Shown here one piece after another: positions 36,601 to 48,633 of a DNA stretch of 64,000 nucleotides (positions are counted from its first letter, which is position 1; each line of letters begins with the position of its first letter). Source of the stretch: the human T2T-CHM13v2.0 reference genome, Homo sapiens; the NCBI RefSeq assembly GCF_009914755.1, contig NC_060936.1; one strand, written 5' to 3'. Both the position numbers and the translations under genes were made by a program. The notes below the pieces were generated by a model. That model was not told the origin of the DNA. It saw only the letters and a list, made by a program, of their open reading frames with translations, and searched no databases.

Positions 36601-37986
36601 TCTTTTTCGGTAAAATTGCTGTGCATTTTCTCTCCCTCTTCCACGCTCACCATAATACACTATTATGATTTTTATACTGCAGGGCTGTTAGTCTTTGCTT
36701 TTGATGAACTATTAGTTTTCATTTCCATAGATAATGAAGTGTGTAGTTAGTTGGCTTGGTGATGAGAAAGAATGTTAATATATTTCTGCCCACTTTACCA
36801 GCCTGTCCACAGTGCTGCAGATTTATTTTCAGAAGCTTTCTTAAAGCTTGTAATTGGATGGAATTTAAAGTGTTTTGTGTAATTCAAAATTGTCTTTTAA
36901 AGTACTTTCTTCATTGTTGAAACATTATCATGAGCTACTGTTGAAATCATTATTTCATAACATCCTTACGTGGGTTTTTTAGACTTTGCTCCAGTTCATT
37001 TGCTGTGCTGCTTTCGTTCATCAAATGCCTGATTTTAGTAACTCTTTAACATAGTTACCTACTTAACTGTGAAACAAAACACCCACTCAAATATATTTTT
37101 AACTTAATGTAAGTACTGCTTTAATATATGATGCAGTTAAACCTGTTTTCCTGAAGATGCGTCTATGTGAACGGCTTATAGATGTTTCATTGGCTGCGAA
37201 GTTCTCATGTTCCACACCTCAGGGCAGTTGCATGCACATTCAGAGATGATAAGAACTTATTATTTCAGCTTTCCGGATCAGTTTGAGGAGTGTCTTGAGA
37301 TTTTAAGGCAAAACAGACATGTTTGTTATTTGACATTTGCACTGAAATCTGTGGCTCGGGGCTTTCTGGATACAGTGATGTCCCAAAAATTCAGAAACTG
37401 GGTATTAAAGCTGTTGAAAAATGTTACTTCTCCTCCCTTCCCTCCAATTTTAAATTTATGCCTATCAAAAGTCATGCTCTTTTTACCAGGTGACTGAAAT
37501 GATATTTAAGTTGCAAATCTGGCCTTAAAAACATATCAGTCCTTTACTTGTCTATCTTAATAGATGTCTGTTTTTCAAATGAAACTTTCTGAAGCTCCTT
37601 GCTGCATGTTCTTCTGAATCTCCCTGTGCAGGTCTGTCCAAAGACCTAACCCACCGCCATCAGTACCACACATGCTGTGGTTTGGGAATGTTGTGGTTTG
37701 CTTCAGACTTTGTCTCTGATCCTCTTATTTGGATGCCATGGGAGAAGTTAAGACAGGAATAAGTAGATCGTTTGTTTCTTTTTTCATTTTTACTTTTAGA
37801 AAGGCTCAGATGCTCAGAATTGGAGCTGTCATAATCCTTGTTTTACAAGAGTTTATCATTGACCCCTGCATATCTTTTATTTTCCTTATTAATAAGGAAA
37901 TGATAATAAGGAAATAATTATCCTTAATAATAAGCCCCCTTGAGCCCATCTCCCAATCCTGGAACTAAACCATGGCAATAGCCACC

Positions 37987-38822
37987 GTTCACCCATGCAC
38001 ACCACCCCTTCCTGTCTCCATTCACCCATGCACACTACCCCTTCCTGTCTCCATTCACCCATGCACACTACCCCCTTCCTGTCTGCATTCACCCATGCAC
38101 ACCACCCCTTCCTGTCTCCATTCACCCATGCACACCACCCCTTCCTGTCTCCATTCACCCATGCACACCACCCCCTTCCTGTCTCCATTCACCCATGCAC
38201 ACCACCCCCTTCCTGTCTCCATTCACCCATGCACACCACCCCCTTCCTGTCTCCATTCACCCATGCACACCACCCCCTTCCTGTCTCCATTCACCCATGC
38301 ACACCACCCCCTTCCTGTCTCCATTCACCCATGCACACCACCCCCTTCCTGTCTCCATTCACCCATGCACACCACCCCTTCCTGTCTCCATTCACCCATG
38401 CACACCACCCCTTCCTGTCTCCATTCACCCATGCACACCACCCCTTCCTGTCTCCATTCACCCATGCACACCACCCCCTTCCTGTCTCCATTCACCCATG
38501 CACACCACCCCCTTCCTGTCTCCATTCACCCATGCACACCACCCCTTCCTGTCTCCATTCACCCATGCACACCACCCCTTCCTGTCTCCATTCACCCATG
38601 CACACCACCCCTTCCTGTCTCCATTCACCCATGCACACCACCCCTTCCTGTCTCCATTCACCCATGCACACCACCCCCTTCCTGTCTCCATTCACCCATG
38701 CACACCACCCCTTCCTGTCTCCATTCACCCATGCACACCACCCCCTTCCTGTCTCCATTCACCCATGCACACCACCCCCTTCCTGTCTCCATTCACCCAT
38801 GCACACCACCCCTTCCTGTCTC
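37987..38822. repeat. Minisatellite, 33/34-bp unit cattcacccatgcacaccacccc(c)ttcctgtctc, ~25 copies
   Basis: Direct reading; units differ mainly in a C4 versus C5 run. Confidence 0.97.
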
Positions 38823-38849
38823 CTGACCTCTCTGCTGCCAAAGTGGATG

Positions 38850-41060
38850 CTGTTGAAATTATCATTCCCTTGCCTGTTGAAAAAGTTTTAACAAATGTAC
38901 ATGGGTCAGTATTAATTACTATTTATTTTTAGTTGGTTTTGAACTTAATAAAATTTACAGCATATCCTTGTCCAAATTTGCCAGTTTTTCTTTTATAGAC
39001 AGAGTTTTCTGTGTTTTAAAACTTTTGCTCTAACCCAAAGTCAGAAATATGTTCATCTGTATTTTCCTAGAAGTTTATAACTTTAAATCTCTAGAGTAGA
39101 GCGAGTTGATTTTTGCATGGTCTAAAATAAGGGAACAATTTCCCTTTTCTCCATATGGAATGCATAGTCGTTTTCCACCTCCATGTCCCTTTCCTGAAGA
39201 ATGTCTTCTTTTCGTTTTGGTTTTTCTTTTTGAGTCTCGCTCTGTCACCCAGGCTGAACTGCAATGGCACAATCATAGTTTGCTGCAGCCTCAAACTCCT
39301 GGGCTCAGGTGATCCTCCTGCCTCAGCCTCCCGAGTAGCTGGGACTCCAGGCATGCACCACCTTGCCTGGCTTCTTTTTTTCCACTGATCTTCCATTTAA
39401 ACCTCACTCACACATCACAGCCCCATAAATGTGAAGGGCCATTTGTCATTGATCAGTTAGTTGATCTATCCCAGTATCAGCATCCCATTGTTTTAATTAC
39501 TATACTTACCTACATCCTGATGTCTGGTAGGACACTTTCCTTTATGATTCCAAATGGATTTTAGAATATATTTGTAACATTCATGAAAAGTTTAAGATTT
39601 TATTAAATTGCATAGAATCAATAGGAATATGTAGGGAGAGTAAACAATCTTTACGATTTTAGGTTTTACCATCCTCCAAATGGCTTATTATCCCATTTAC
39701 TTGAGTTTTAAAATGTCTTTCATCATAAAGTTTCATAATTTTCTGTGTACTGATATTGTACATTTTTGTTTGATTTATTCCTAAGTGCTTTTAGAGTTGC
39801 CATTGTAAATGTTTTAAGGATTATATTTTCTAATTTTTACAAGTATATGTAATTGAGCTTTTTAATATTGATCTTACATCTAGCTGCTTTAATACACTTT
39901 TATTTCTAATGATTTGCCTGTAGTATTTTGTGTTTTCTATGTAGGCAGTTGTATCCTCTGCAAACAATGATAATTCTGTTTTCTTCTTTCCAATCTTTAT
40001 GCTTTCACTTTATTAAATTTTCTCCATTTAAGATTACATCCATTATAGGATTTTTATAAACACCTTTTACCAGGTTAACAATTTATTCATAGCTTTCTAA
40101 GAGCTTTCAAAGGCATTTCTGTTGAGTTTTTTTAGTTTTTCTATATCTATTGAGATGATAATATGGTTTTTATCTTTTATTCTGTTAACATAGTTCATGT
40201 TAGTTTAAGATTTTCTCAGATTCAATCATTCTTGCATTCCTGAGATAAACTAACTTGGTTCTTTTTTTTAAATATACCATTGGCTTTTGTTTGCTAACAT
40301 TTTGTTTAGAGTGTTTACACTTATATTCATGATGAAATGGGCTTATAATTTTTTCATTTCCTTACTATCTTTGGTTTTGTATCCAGGTATACACTTCTCT
40401 TAAAATGTCTTGAAGGGTGTTGTCTTTTTATTTTTTGGAAGGGTTTATATAAGATTGGGGTGATCTGAGTATTTGGTAGGATTCTTTTTGTTAAACTCTC
40501 TAGGCCTGAAGTTTTTCTTATGGAAAAAAATTTAACTATTACTTTGGTTTCATTTGTACTTATCATTTTTTTAAGCTTTCAATTTTTTATTAATCAGTGT
40601 CATTATTTTACACTTTTTCCAGGCATTTGTCTATTTTTTTCTGGGTTTTCTAATTTATTAATAGAGAGTTGATAATACTTCATCTTTATAAAATCGGCTG
40701 TATGATTATGTTCTTTTTAATTTAAAAGTATTATTAACATCTTCTGTTTGTTGTGATCAGCCTTTCCAGCTGTATTTCCTTTAGTCTAGTTCAAAGTTAG
40801 TTCACATCAACTTCGTATTGTTGTTTTCTGTGTCACTGGCTTCTACTCTTTATCTCTTTTCTTCAGTTATCTTTTCTTCCTATCTAACATCTTAAGTTCA
40901 TTAGTGTGTCTTTTCTCGTATAAAGTTATAAATTTCCCTTGAAGCATTGCTTTCCCTGCATCCTGCAAGCTTGTCGTGCTTTCATTGTAATCCAGCTCTC
41001 TCTCTCTATAGCTGATACACGAGTTCTTTAGAAGTGTATTTTATAAAATTTCTAAGTTAG
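38850..41060 (-). mobile_element. Ancient L1M(E) ORF2-region fragment (approximate)
   Basis: T-rich L1-antisense phrases (attcttgcattcctgagataaac, tttgctaacattttgtttagagt); ORF remnant TQITPILYKPFQKI. Confidence 0.7.
39225..39372 (-). mobile_element. Alu half/monomer (AluJ/FRAM-like)
   Basis: gagtctcgctctgtcacccaggctg...ctcctgggctcaggtgatcctcctgcctcagcc. Confidence 0.85.
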
Positions 41061-41357
41061 TGCCATTTGATAATTTAACTTCCACTTAGTAGCCAGGGTT
41101 AATTTACCATGTTGTTGGAAACCAGAGCTCCTAACATGAACCCCAAGTTTTTAAAAAATAGTAACCAAGCTTAGTTGTGATTTTCTGGTGTATTGTTCAA
41201 TATAATCAGCACTGTGATTAGTATTTTAGTTTTGTAACAAGTTTTTTTCTGTTACTCAGCTTCGTACTCTTAGTACTGCAGATAGAATAGGTATTTTAAT
41301 CTTTTCTGATGTCTTCATTTCCAGGTTTTGGAATGTAATACATTTGAAAATAGTGCT

Positions 41358-41780
41358 GTGAGACAGTGGTCCACTGTCTTGTGTTTCTACCTGTCTGGTG
41401 AGAAGCAGTACTGACTACCTTTGTCCAGATGATGTTTGTGAGGTTGTTTGTACAGCAGACTGCCCCAGAAGGTAGAGATGGTGTCTCCCTTCAGAGCAGA
41501 GGGCAGGCATGCTTACAGGCCAGCGTCATAAAAATAATATCTTGCTTCAGGGCAAAAGTCAGACAAGGTTACTGCCCATTATAAAGGACTCCGGGGTCCC
41601 TCAGCCCAGGTTTCCCCTGCTCCAATTCAGCCACCTGTGTGTGTGTGGCATCACTGGTCCCGTTCACTTTGCTCCTTTGGAATTAGAGCTTGGGCAATGG
41701 GTACCAGTTATACTCTTTTTGCTTCTGACCACATCTTCTGTCTCTGACTCAAGGATCTCATGTCTTGTTTCCTACCCCTT
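41358..41780 (+). mobile_element. Solo LTR, ERVL-class (MER21/MER77/MER68-like)
   Basis: gtagagatggtgtctcccttcagagcagagggcagg...actgcccattataaaggac...tctgtctctgactcaaggatctcatgtctt; TATAAA at 41580-41585. Confidence 0.55.
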
Positions 41781-42974
41781 ACTCTGAAGTCATTTGTCAT
41801 AGACCTTGTTTGGTTTGTTCCCTCTCTTTCTGCTCCTCTTCCCCTCCCTCCCTTTCACCCTTTCTTTTTGTTGTTTTCTTTCTCTCCTCTCAAACAGGTG
41901 AGGGCTGTATGCGGCCCACCCATCACTGGGCTAGACGGTGGGCTGGCTTGGCCTGGTCGTTGTCTCTCACCTGCTGGGCAGCTTCTTCTCCAGGACCGGT
42001 GCCTGCACAACTTATCTGGTCCCTGTCTCACTGCTTTGAAGCCTCCTGCCTTCCCCACATAGTTCTCTGTGCACTGGCACATATGGAAAATCAGAGTCCC
42101 AGCAGGTGCTGTCCCCGGGGCCCTCGCCCTCTTTCCCCTCTTCTGTCGTGTGGATCGCACTCCAGGGCTGTGTCCCTAGAATGGCTGTGGGCGTCTCACT
42201 GTTCTCTCCCTGCTTCCTACTAAGTTCCTCAGGAGTTGCTGATTTGGATGAGGGACAACCAGCAGCACATGGGCCTGAGGAAGAGGAAGGGCTGCTGAGC
42301 CCCGGCTTCTCGCCAAGGTGAGGCCGCCTGCCTTCTCACCGTCTCCGCTTCGGAAACAATGTCTTCAGGAACAACGCGGGTGAGACAGCGCTGGAAATTC
42401 TCGCTGGGGCCGTGCTCTCTCTCCTTTTCCCTCACAGTGTGTGGAGATTACGCCCCAAATCTGACGCAAGTCCAGCCGTCTCTACAAGGATTTTATTGGA
42501 AAATTAGAGGCAGCTGTTTTGGTGACTGCTCATCAAATGCTATCAGAAGGCAGCATTGTTGTTTAACCCTTTCCTCCCCCGTCCCTTTTCCTCCTACTCT
42601 ATCCCCAGAGAAGTCTTTTAAGAAGGGACTAGAAAAAAGCTTTATTATTTTCAATTTGTATGGTTACTTACACGTGTCTTCTTCTTCTGGTAACTAAATG
42701 GAATAGGGATTGTGAAGTGCGGAATGGTCACGAGGCTGGAGGCAAAGACCCCAGCAGAATGGTAGGGAGGCTGGAGGCAGACACCAGCTGTGGTAGATGA
42801 GGCCAAGCCAGCAGAGAGGGTCTGAGTGTCAGAGAAAATGGAGAAGGGCCAGAGAGGGGTGAGGATGCAGACAGGCCACCTGCGACACCCATGGGGCATG
42901 CGTAAGGGGTCCTTGAACCTTAACAGAGATGCTGCTCCTGATAAGGGCCTGTGACCACGAGAGCCTTTCCCCCT

Positions 42975-44895
42975 AGTCACCGTCCTCACATGCGTGCGTC
43001 AGTGACCTGGTGAATATTCAATGTGATGACCCGGTCACTGTCATCACGTGTGTCCATCAGTTACCTGGTGAATACTGAATGTTGTGATGACCCAGTCACC
43101 GTCATCACGTGTGTGCGTCAGTTACCTGGTGAATATTGAATGTTGTGATGACCCGGTCACCGTCATCACGTGGATGCATCAGTTACCCAGTGAATATTGA
43201 ACGTTGTGATGACCCGGTCACCGTCATCACGTGTCCGTCAGTTACCTGGTGAATATTGAACGTTGTGATGACCCGGTCACCGTCATCATGTGTCCGTCAG
43301 TTACCTGGTGAATATTGAATGTTGTGATGACCCGGTCACCGTCATCACATGTCCGTCAGTTACCTGGTGAATATTGAACGTTGTGATGACCCGGTCACCG
43401 TCATCACATGTCCGTCAGTTACCTGGTAAATATTGAATGTTGTGATGACCTGGTCACCGTCATCACGTGTGTCCATCAGTTACCTGGTGAATATTGAATG
43501 TTGTGATGACCCGGTCACCGTCATCACGTGGGTGCGTCAGTTACCTGGTGAATATTGAATGTTGTGATGACCCGGTCACCGTCATCACGTGGGTGCGTCA
43601 GTTACCTGGTGAATATTGAATGTTGTGATGACCCAGTCACCGTCATCACGTGTCCGTCAGTTAACTGGTGAATACTGAATGTTGTGATGGCCCGGTTGCC
43701 ATCATCACATGTGTCCGTCAGTTACCTGGTGAATACTGAATGTTGAGATGACCTGGTCACCGTCATCAAGTGTTTGTGTCAGTTACCTGGTGAATATTCA
43801 ATGTGATGACCCAGTCACCATCATCATGTGTCCGTCAGTTACCTGGTGAATATTGAATGTTGTGATGACCCAGTCACCGTCATCACGTGTCCGTCAGTTA
43901 CCTGGTGAATATTGAATGTTGTGAGGACCCAGTCACCGTCATCACGTGGGTGCATCAGTCACCTGGTGAATATTGAATGTTGTGATGACTCAGTCACCGT
44001 CATCACGTGTGTGCGTCAGTTACCTGGTGAATATTGAATGTTGTGATGACCCAGTCACCGTCATCACGTGTGTCCGTCAGTTACCTGGTGAATATTGAAT
44101 GTTGTGATGACCCAATCACCATCATCACATGTGTCCGTCAGTTACCTGTTGAATATTGAATGTTGTGATGACCCAGTCACCATCATCACGTGTGTCCGTC
44201 AGTTACCTGTTGAATATTGAATGTTGTGATGACCCGGTCACCGTCATCATGTGGATGCATCAGTTACCTGGTGAATATTGAATGTTGTGATGACCCGGTG
44301 ACCGTCATCACGTGTGTGTGTCAGTTACCTGGTGAATATTGAATGTTGTGAGGACCCAGTCACCGTCATCACGTGTCCGTCAGTTACCTGGTGAATATTG
44401 AATGTTGTGAGGACCCAGTCACCGTCATCACGTGTCCGTCAGTTACCTGGTGAATATTGAATGTTGTGAGGACCCAGTCACCGTCATCACGTGGGTGCAT
44501 CAGTCACCTGGTGAATATTGAATGTTGTGATGACTCAGTCACCGTCATCACGTGTGTGCGTCAGTTACCTGGTGAATATTGAATGTTGTGATGACCCGGT
44601 GACCGTCATCACGTGTGTGTGTCAGTTACCTGGTGCATATTGAATGTTGTGATGACCCAGTCACCGTCATCACGTGGGTGCGTCAGTTACCTGGTGAATA
44701 CTGAATGTTGTGATGACCCGGTCACTGTCATCACGTGTCCGTCAGTTACCTGGTGAATACTGAATGTGGTGATGACCCAGTCACCGTCATCACGTGGGTG
44801 CATCAGTTCTGGTGAATACTGAATGTTGTGATGACCCAGTCACCATCCTCACGTGTGTGTGTCAGTTACCTGGTGAATGTTGAATCCTGTGATGA
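42975..44895. repeat. Palindromic minisatellite, ~59-61 bp unit gtgatgacccggtcaccgtcatcacgtg(tg)tccgtcagttacctggtgaatattgaatgtt, ~31-32 copies
   Basis: Direct reading; each unit has the inverted repeat GTGATGAC-N9-GTCATCAC. Confidence 0.97.
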
Positions 44896-47423
44896 ATAGC
44901 TATGATTTCACTAGACCGGTATTGGATTTTTTTGTGAATTTACCACTTTTCACTATTATAATAATGTGATACATTTCTTAGTTCTTAAATCCTTGCCTAG
45001 ATATCTCTTTTCAGTTGGATTCCTAGAAATGAGATTCAGTTAAAGGACATAAACACACACGTTCAAGGCTTTAGAAAGTCACTTGGCCAAGTGCGTAAGA
45101 CACACGATAGAGACTGCAGCCCCCACGGCAGGAGCTCCCATCCTCCCCAATATCAGCGGTTTCACGTTTGGCTTTTGGGTAACTTTGGAGCAGAAAAATT
45201 TTGCATTATTAGTTTTTATTTCTTCAGCTAGTGAAGTTGGGCATTTTGTGTTTGCTGTATGTATTTTACGGATTCCTTATTGACGTCTTTGGGGTAAGGT
45301 TCTAAAGGTAGAGAAGGCCCCTACCATGCATGTGGGTGGAAAGCCTGTACCTGGGCCTTCTCGGCACTCTCTCTGCATAGCTCCTCCTGCTCCATGGAGT
45401 ATTTCCACATAGGGTCGGATTTCTTTCGTATTCTTAATTTCACTTTGACACTTGATTCATCCTCTTTTTTAGAGACTTTGGTTATTGTTGTTCTACCATA
45501 AGCTCCATATACTGTTTGGTAGTCCCAGGCATCAGTTCTCTGTGATGAGAGGGGCTGCAGGAAGGGGCTGCGCCAGCTGGCAGCACAAGGGCCTGGAGTC
45601 CGACTGCAACAGTGAGCTTGCACGCGGAGGTGCACGGAGCCAGCCAGGGGATAGCTAGGTATTTTTTCTTTACCCATATGAAAGAGCACTTCACATAAAA
45701 CGGTTTTCTTTTCAAAATTAAAAATGTTTAGAAGTATATCTTTTTTCTTTTAATATGAATGAGGCTTTCAATGTAGTTTTCTTTCTTTTCCCAAAAGCTT
45801 CCAATATACCTGCAAACAAGCTTTATTTAGCAGAACTTTTCCCAAGAACCCAGTTCGTCACTGCCAGACTGCCTCTACCTCGGGGCCACAGAAAAAAGTA
45901 CCGTAGAAATTTCTGGAAGGTTGGGGATTTTTGCATTTTTTTTTTTTTCTGAGTGCAGCTTTAAATAATTTTCAAGAATAAGAAAATACAGTAAAGCTCA
46001 CTTGGTGGAACACAGGAGTTTTGTGTTCTAGTTTAAGCAAATAGTTTATTTGAAAAGTGTTAGCGAGAGGATAGAAAAATGTTTATGTGCATGAGAAGTA
46101 ACTGCAAAACGAAATTTGGCAAAAGTTGTTTCTCATTTTGAATATACATAGGAAAGTCATAACAGAAAATGAAATTAAGAATTTAGGTATAGTTGTTTGT
46201 TGTTCAATGAAAATTGTGCCTTTACAGGTCAGGATGAGAATGGGAGGGTCATTCTGAATCGAAAGAATCACTTGTTTTATTTGGCAGGGGAGGGGGAGCA
46301 GCAGAGGCAAATGGATGGTAATGTGGGGAGGCGCTCATGGGTCAGGGCTGCAGCCACTTCCTTAGAAGCAGCGGGAGGAAGGGTTGGAGCCATTTAACTG
46401 CAAGAGGAAATGGTTTCTGTTCTTTGAGTACTCTGTACAGTTTGGGCTTCCACTTTTAGACTAACCTGTGAAGACAGAAAATTACACTCACACTGGTAAT
46501 GGAGAGCTTCCTAACTTGTTTGGTACAATTTTCGGTCATAAAACAAAAGCAAAACATGGTTTTTCTCTTATCATCACCAGAAAAGGGAGATTGCTGAAGT
46601 GACTCTCAGCTCAGTCTGGGAGGGAGTTGGGGCTGGAATGAGTAATTAAATGTGACTTAAGCACTTTCTTGTCCTCAGGGTGGGTGCTTTGGTTTTAGGA
46701 AAATTGTACTTACTTATAAAATAGGGGGGAAGAAAAGCTAAGACCAGCTCATTATTACTTCAGGTTTGCCTACATTTTCATACTTTGGGGAATTGGTAAA
46801 TATTTTCAAAAGATTTAGAGAAACATTAGTTCTGGATACTTTTTGTTAGCAACTCTTCAACTTTTCCTGTAAATACTGTAGGTAAAAAGATATTATGGTA
46901 GCAATTATGAGATAAATTATAGGTTCATGAAATTATGTACTTGAACTATATTTTCATCTTGCCGTAAGTGTGTTGGTTTTACCTCTTTCTTTGAAAAGAC
47001 ATCATCTGGTTACTTGGAGAATTCTAAAATAAGGCTTTTAGGAAAATTGTATGTATTTGGGAAGTTATATTTTGTTGTATTATGTTGCTGTAGCCGTTCA
47101 TTAATTTCACTTGAATTCTAAAGCTGCCAGAGGGAATTAACAATTTGTGTTTGAATTCATCCTGGTAGTGCTTATACTGACTCCGTGCGAATGACCTTTT
47201 GTCACTGACTGGACTGTTACTGGTAGTATGAGAGTGTCACAACATTGTCAATGGCTCCCAAAACATAGACCAAAATTATTTTTGGAAAAAAAAAAAAAAT
47301 ACTCCCAGAAACGGTAAGGTTATGGTGCTTTTTGTAAACATTAAGAGAAAGGAAGTCAGTTATCCCGCTATGATAAAATATTTAAAACAAAGAGAATAAA
47401 CAGTGTTGTATAAAATAACAAAT

Positions 47424-47429
47424 TTTATT
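47424..47429 (-). terminator. RIMBP2 distal polyadenylation signal AATAAA
   Basis: tttatt on +; downstream on the minus strand is U-rich (tttattctcttttgtttt). Confidence 0.7.
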
Positions 47430-48150
47430 TCTAGAAAATATTTTACACTAACTGTGCACATGCACACACCCACACAGAGCTTAACCACACATGGATTTCC
47501 TTTAATAATAAATCTACCACATACTATTATATTACAATTTATAATAGCGTTTTTGAAGACACAATGGGGAAAGCTTTGTCATTCATTTATAAACCGTCCA
47601 TAAATTACAAAAGAAAGGCAGTCTGAAAAGTATGTATAAAGAGTAAAAACAATTTACAAGTGGACAAGAATTACAAAAGAGTAACCATCAAATACATCTG
47701 CCAGCAACTTTGTAAGTAAGTCTTTTGTTCAAATGCCAATGATGAAGATGGGTATGGACTCATTTGGAGCAGATTTAAATTGAGTCTGGTTTTGGTGTGG
47801 CTTATGCATTATGTGGATTACTTGTGTGCCATTCATTGCTGTGTATTTGGGTATGGCATTTTGACAACGAAAGTAACAGAAAACCATATGCCACAGAATA
47901 GAACATTAAAAGCAATGAAGATAATCGGCTTTCTGGAAGGTTGGAGTACTGGTGCTTTACCAAACAAAGTTACTTTCTCTCCTTTTCTCTTTTTTGAATG
48001 ATTGAGTAAACATTTTCTGTGTGTAGCCTGGCTGGCTTTGAAAGACTGAAACTAGTATCTTAAAATGCACAGCCTGTACAACTTGATCTCGAACCACTGT
48101 GTCAGGATGAAGACCACTGAATGCACGACACATACAAAGTATACACTGTT

Positions 48151-48156
48151 TTTATT
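48151..48156 (-). terminator. RIMBP2 candidate proximal polyadenylation signal AATAAA
   Basis: tttatt on +; downstream on the minus strand is GU-rich (tttgtatgtgtcgtg). Confidence 0.5.
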
Positions 48157-48633
48157 AGACAGTACAAATCATTGTGCATTTATAAGGCAGAACATCAAGG
48201 CGAATTAAACTAGGAATTTCAAGACCAGAGTCAAAGTGAAAGTTATGCATTATGAGGCAAGCATTTTGAGAAGGGAGAAAGGTTGAAAATCATTCCTTTA
48301 AGGGCAGATGACAAATGCACAAAGACTGGAATTACAGGTAGGGAGGGAGCTACAGGTGATAGCTATGCGCCCCCGTTTGTTAATAAGACGTCCCCTCCCA
48401 CCTCCCAAATCAGAGCTTGGACAATGAGAGCAGACTGCCAGCGGTGACAGAGAGCAACCGCTCCTCTTTGTTCTCGTGGTTGGTTTAAAGTGGTTGGTAG
48501 TGCAAAAGTGCATTTCTCTACTGGTGTCAGGGGAGAAGATTGGGTTTTTTTAGGAAGTACTTGAGTCATGAAAGCCCTAGTTTGGAATTAAAGAAAATTA
48601 CATAGATTTGGCAGTTGTCCGGAAGCACATGAA

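Larger units (their letters stand above)
47405..48633 (-). other. RIMBP2: RIMBP2 3'UTR (end approximate)
   Basis: AT-rich sequence after the stop with no repeats I recognise; minus-strand AATAAA at 48151-48156 and 47424-47429. Confidence 0.75.

Noticed and set aside
37972-38932. 245-298 aa ORFs as real genes
   Set aside because: They are translations of a 33/34-bp minisatellite open in all frames, with no exon structure or domain; kept only as a speculative finding.
42975-44895. CRISPR-like array (regular palindromic repeats)
   Set aside because: No unique spacers; the whole unit repeats in tandem, there are no cas genes, and the context is eukaryotic.
42975-44895. Tandem C/D-box snoRNA cluster (GUGAUGA in each unit)
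   Set aside because: CUGA box D appears only in a few variant units, the putative box C is buried in a stem, and there is no host-intron structure.
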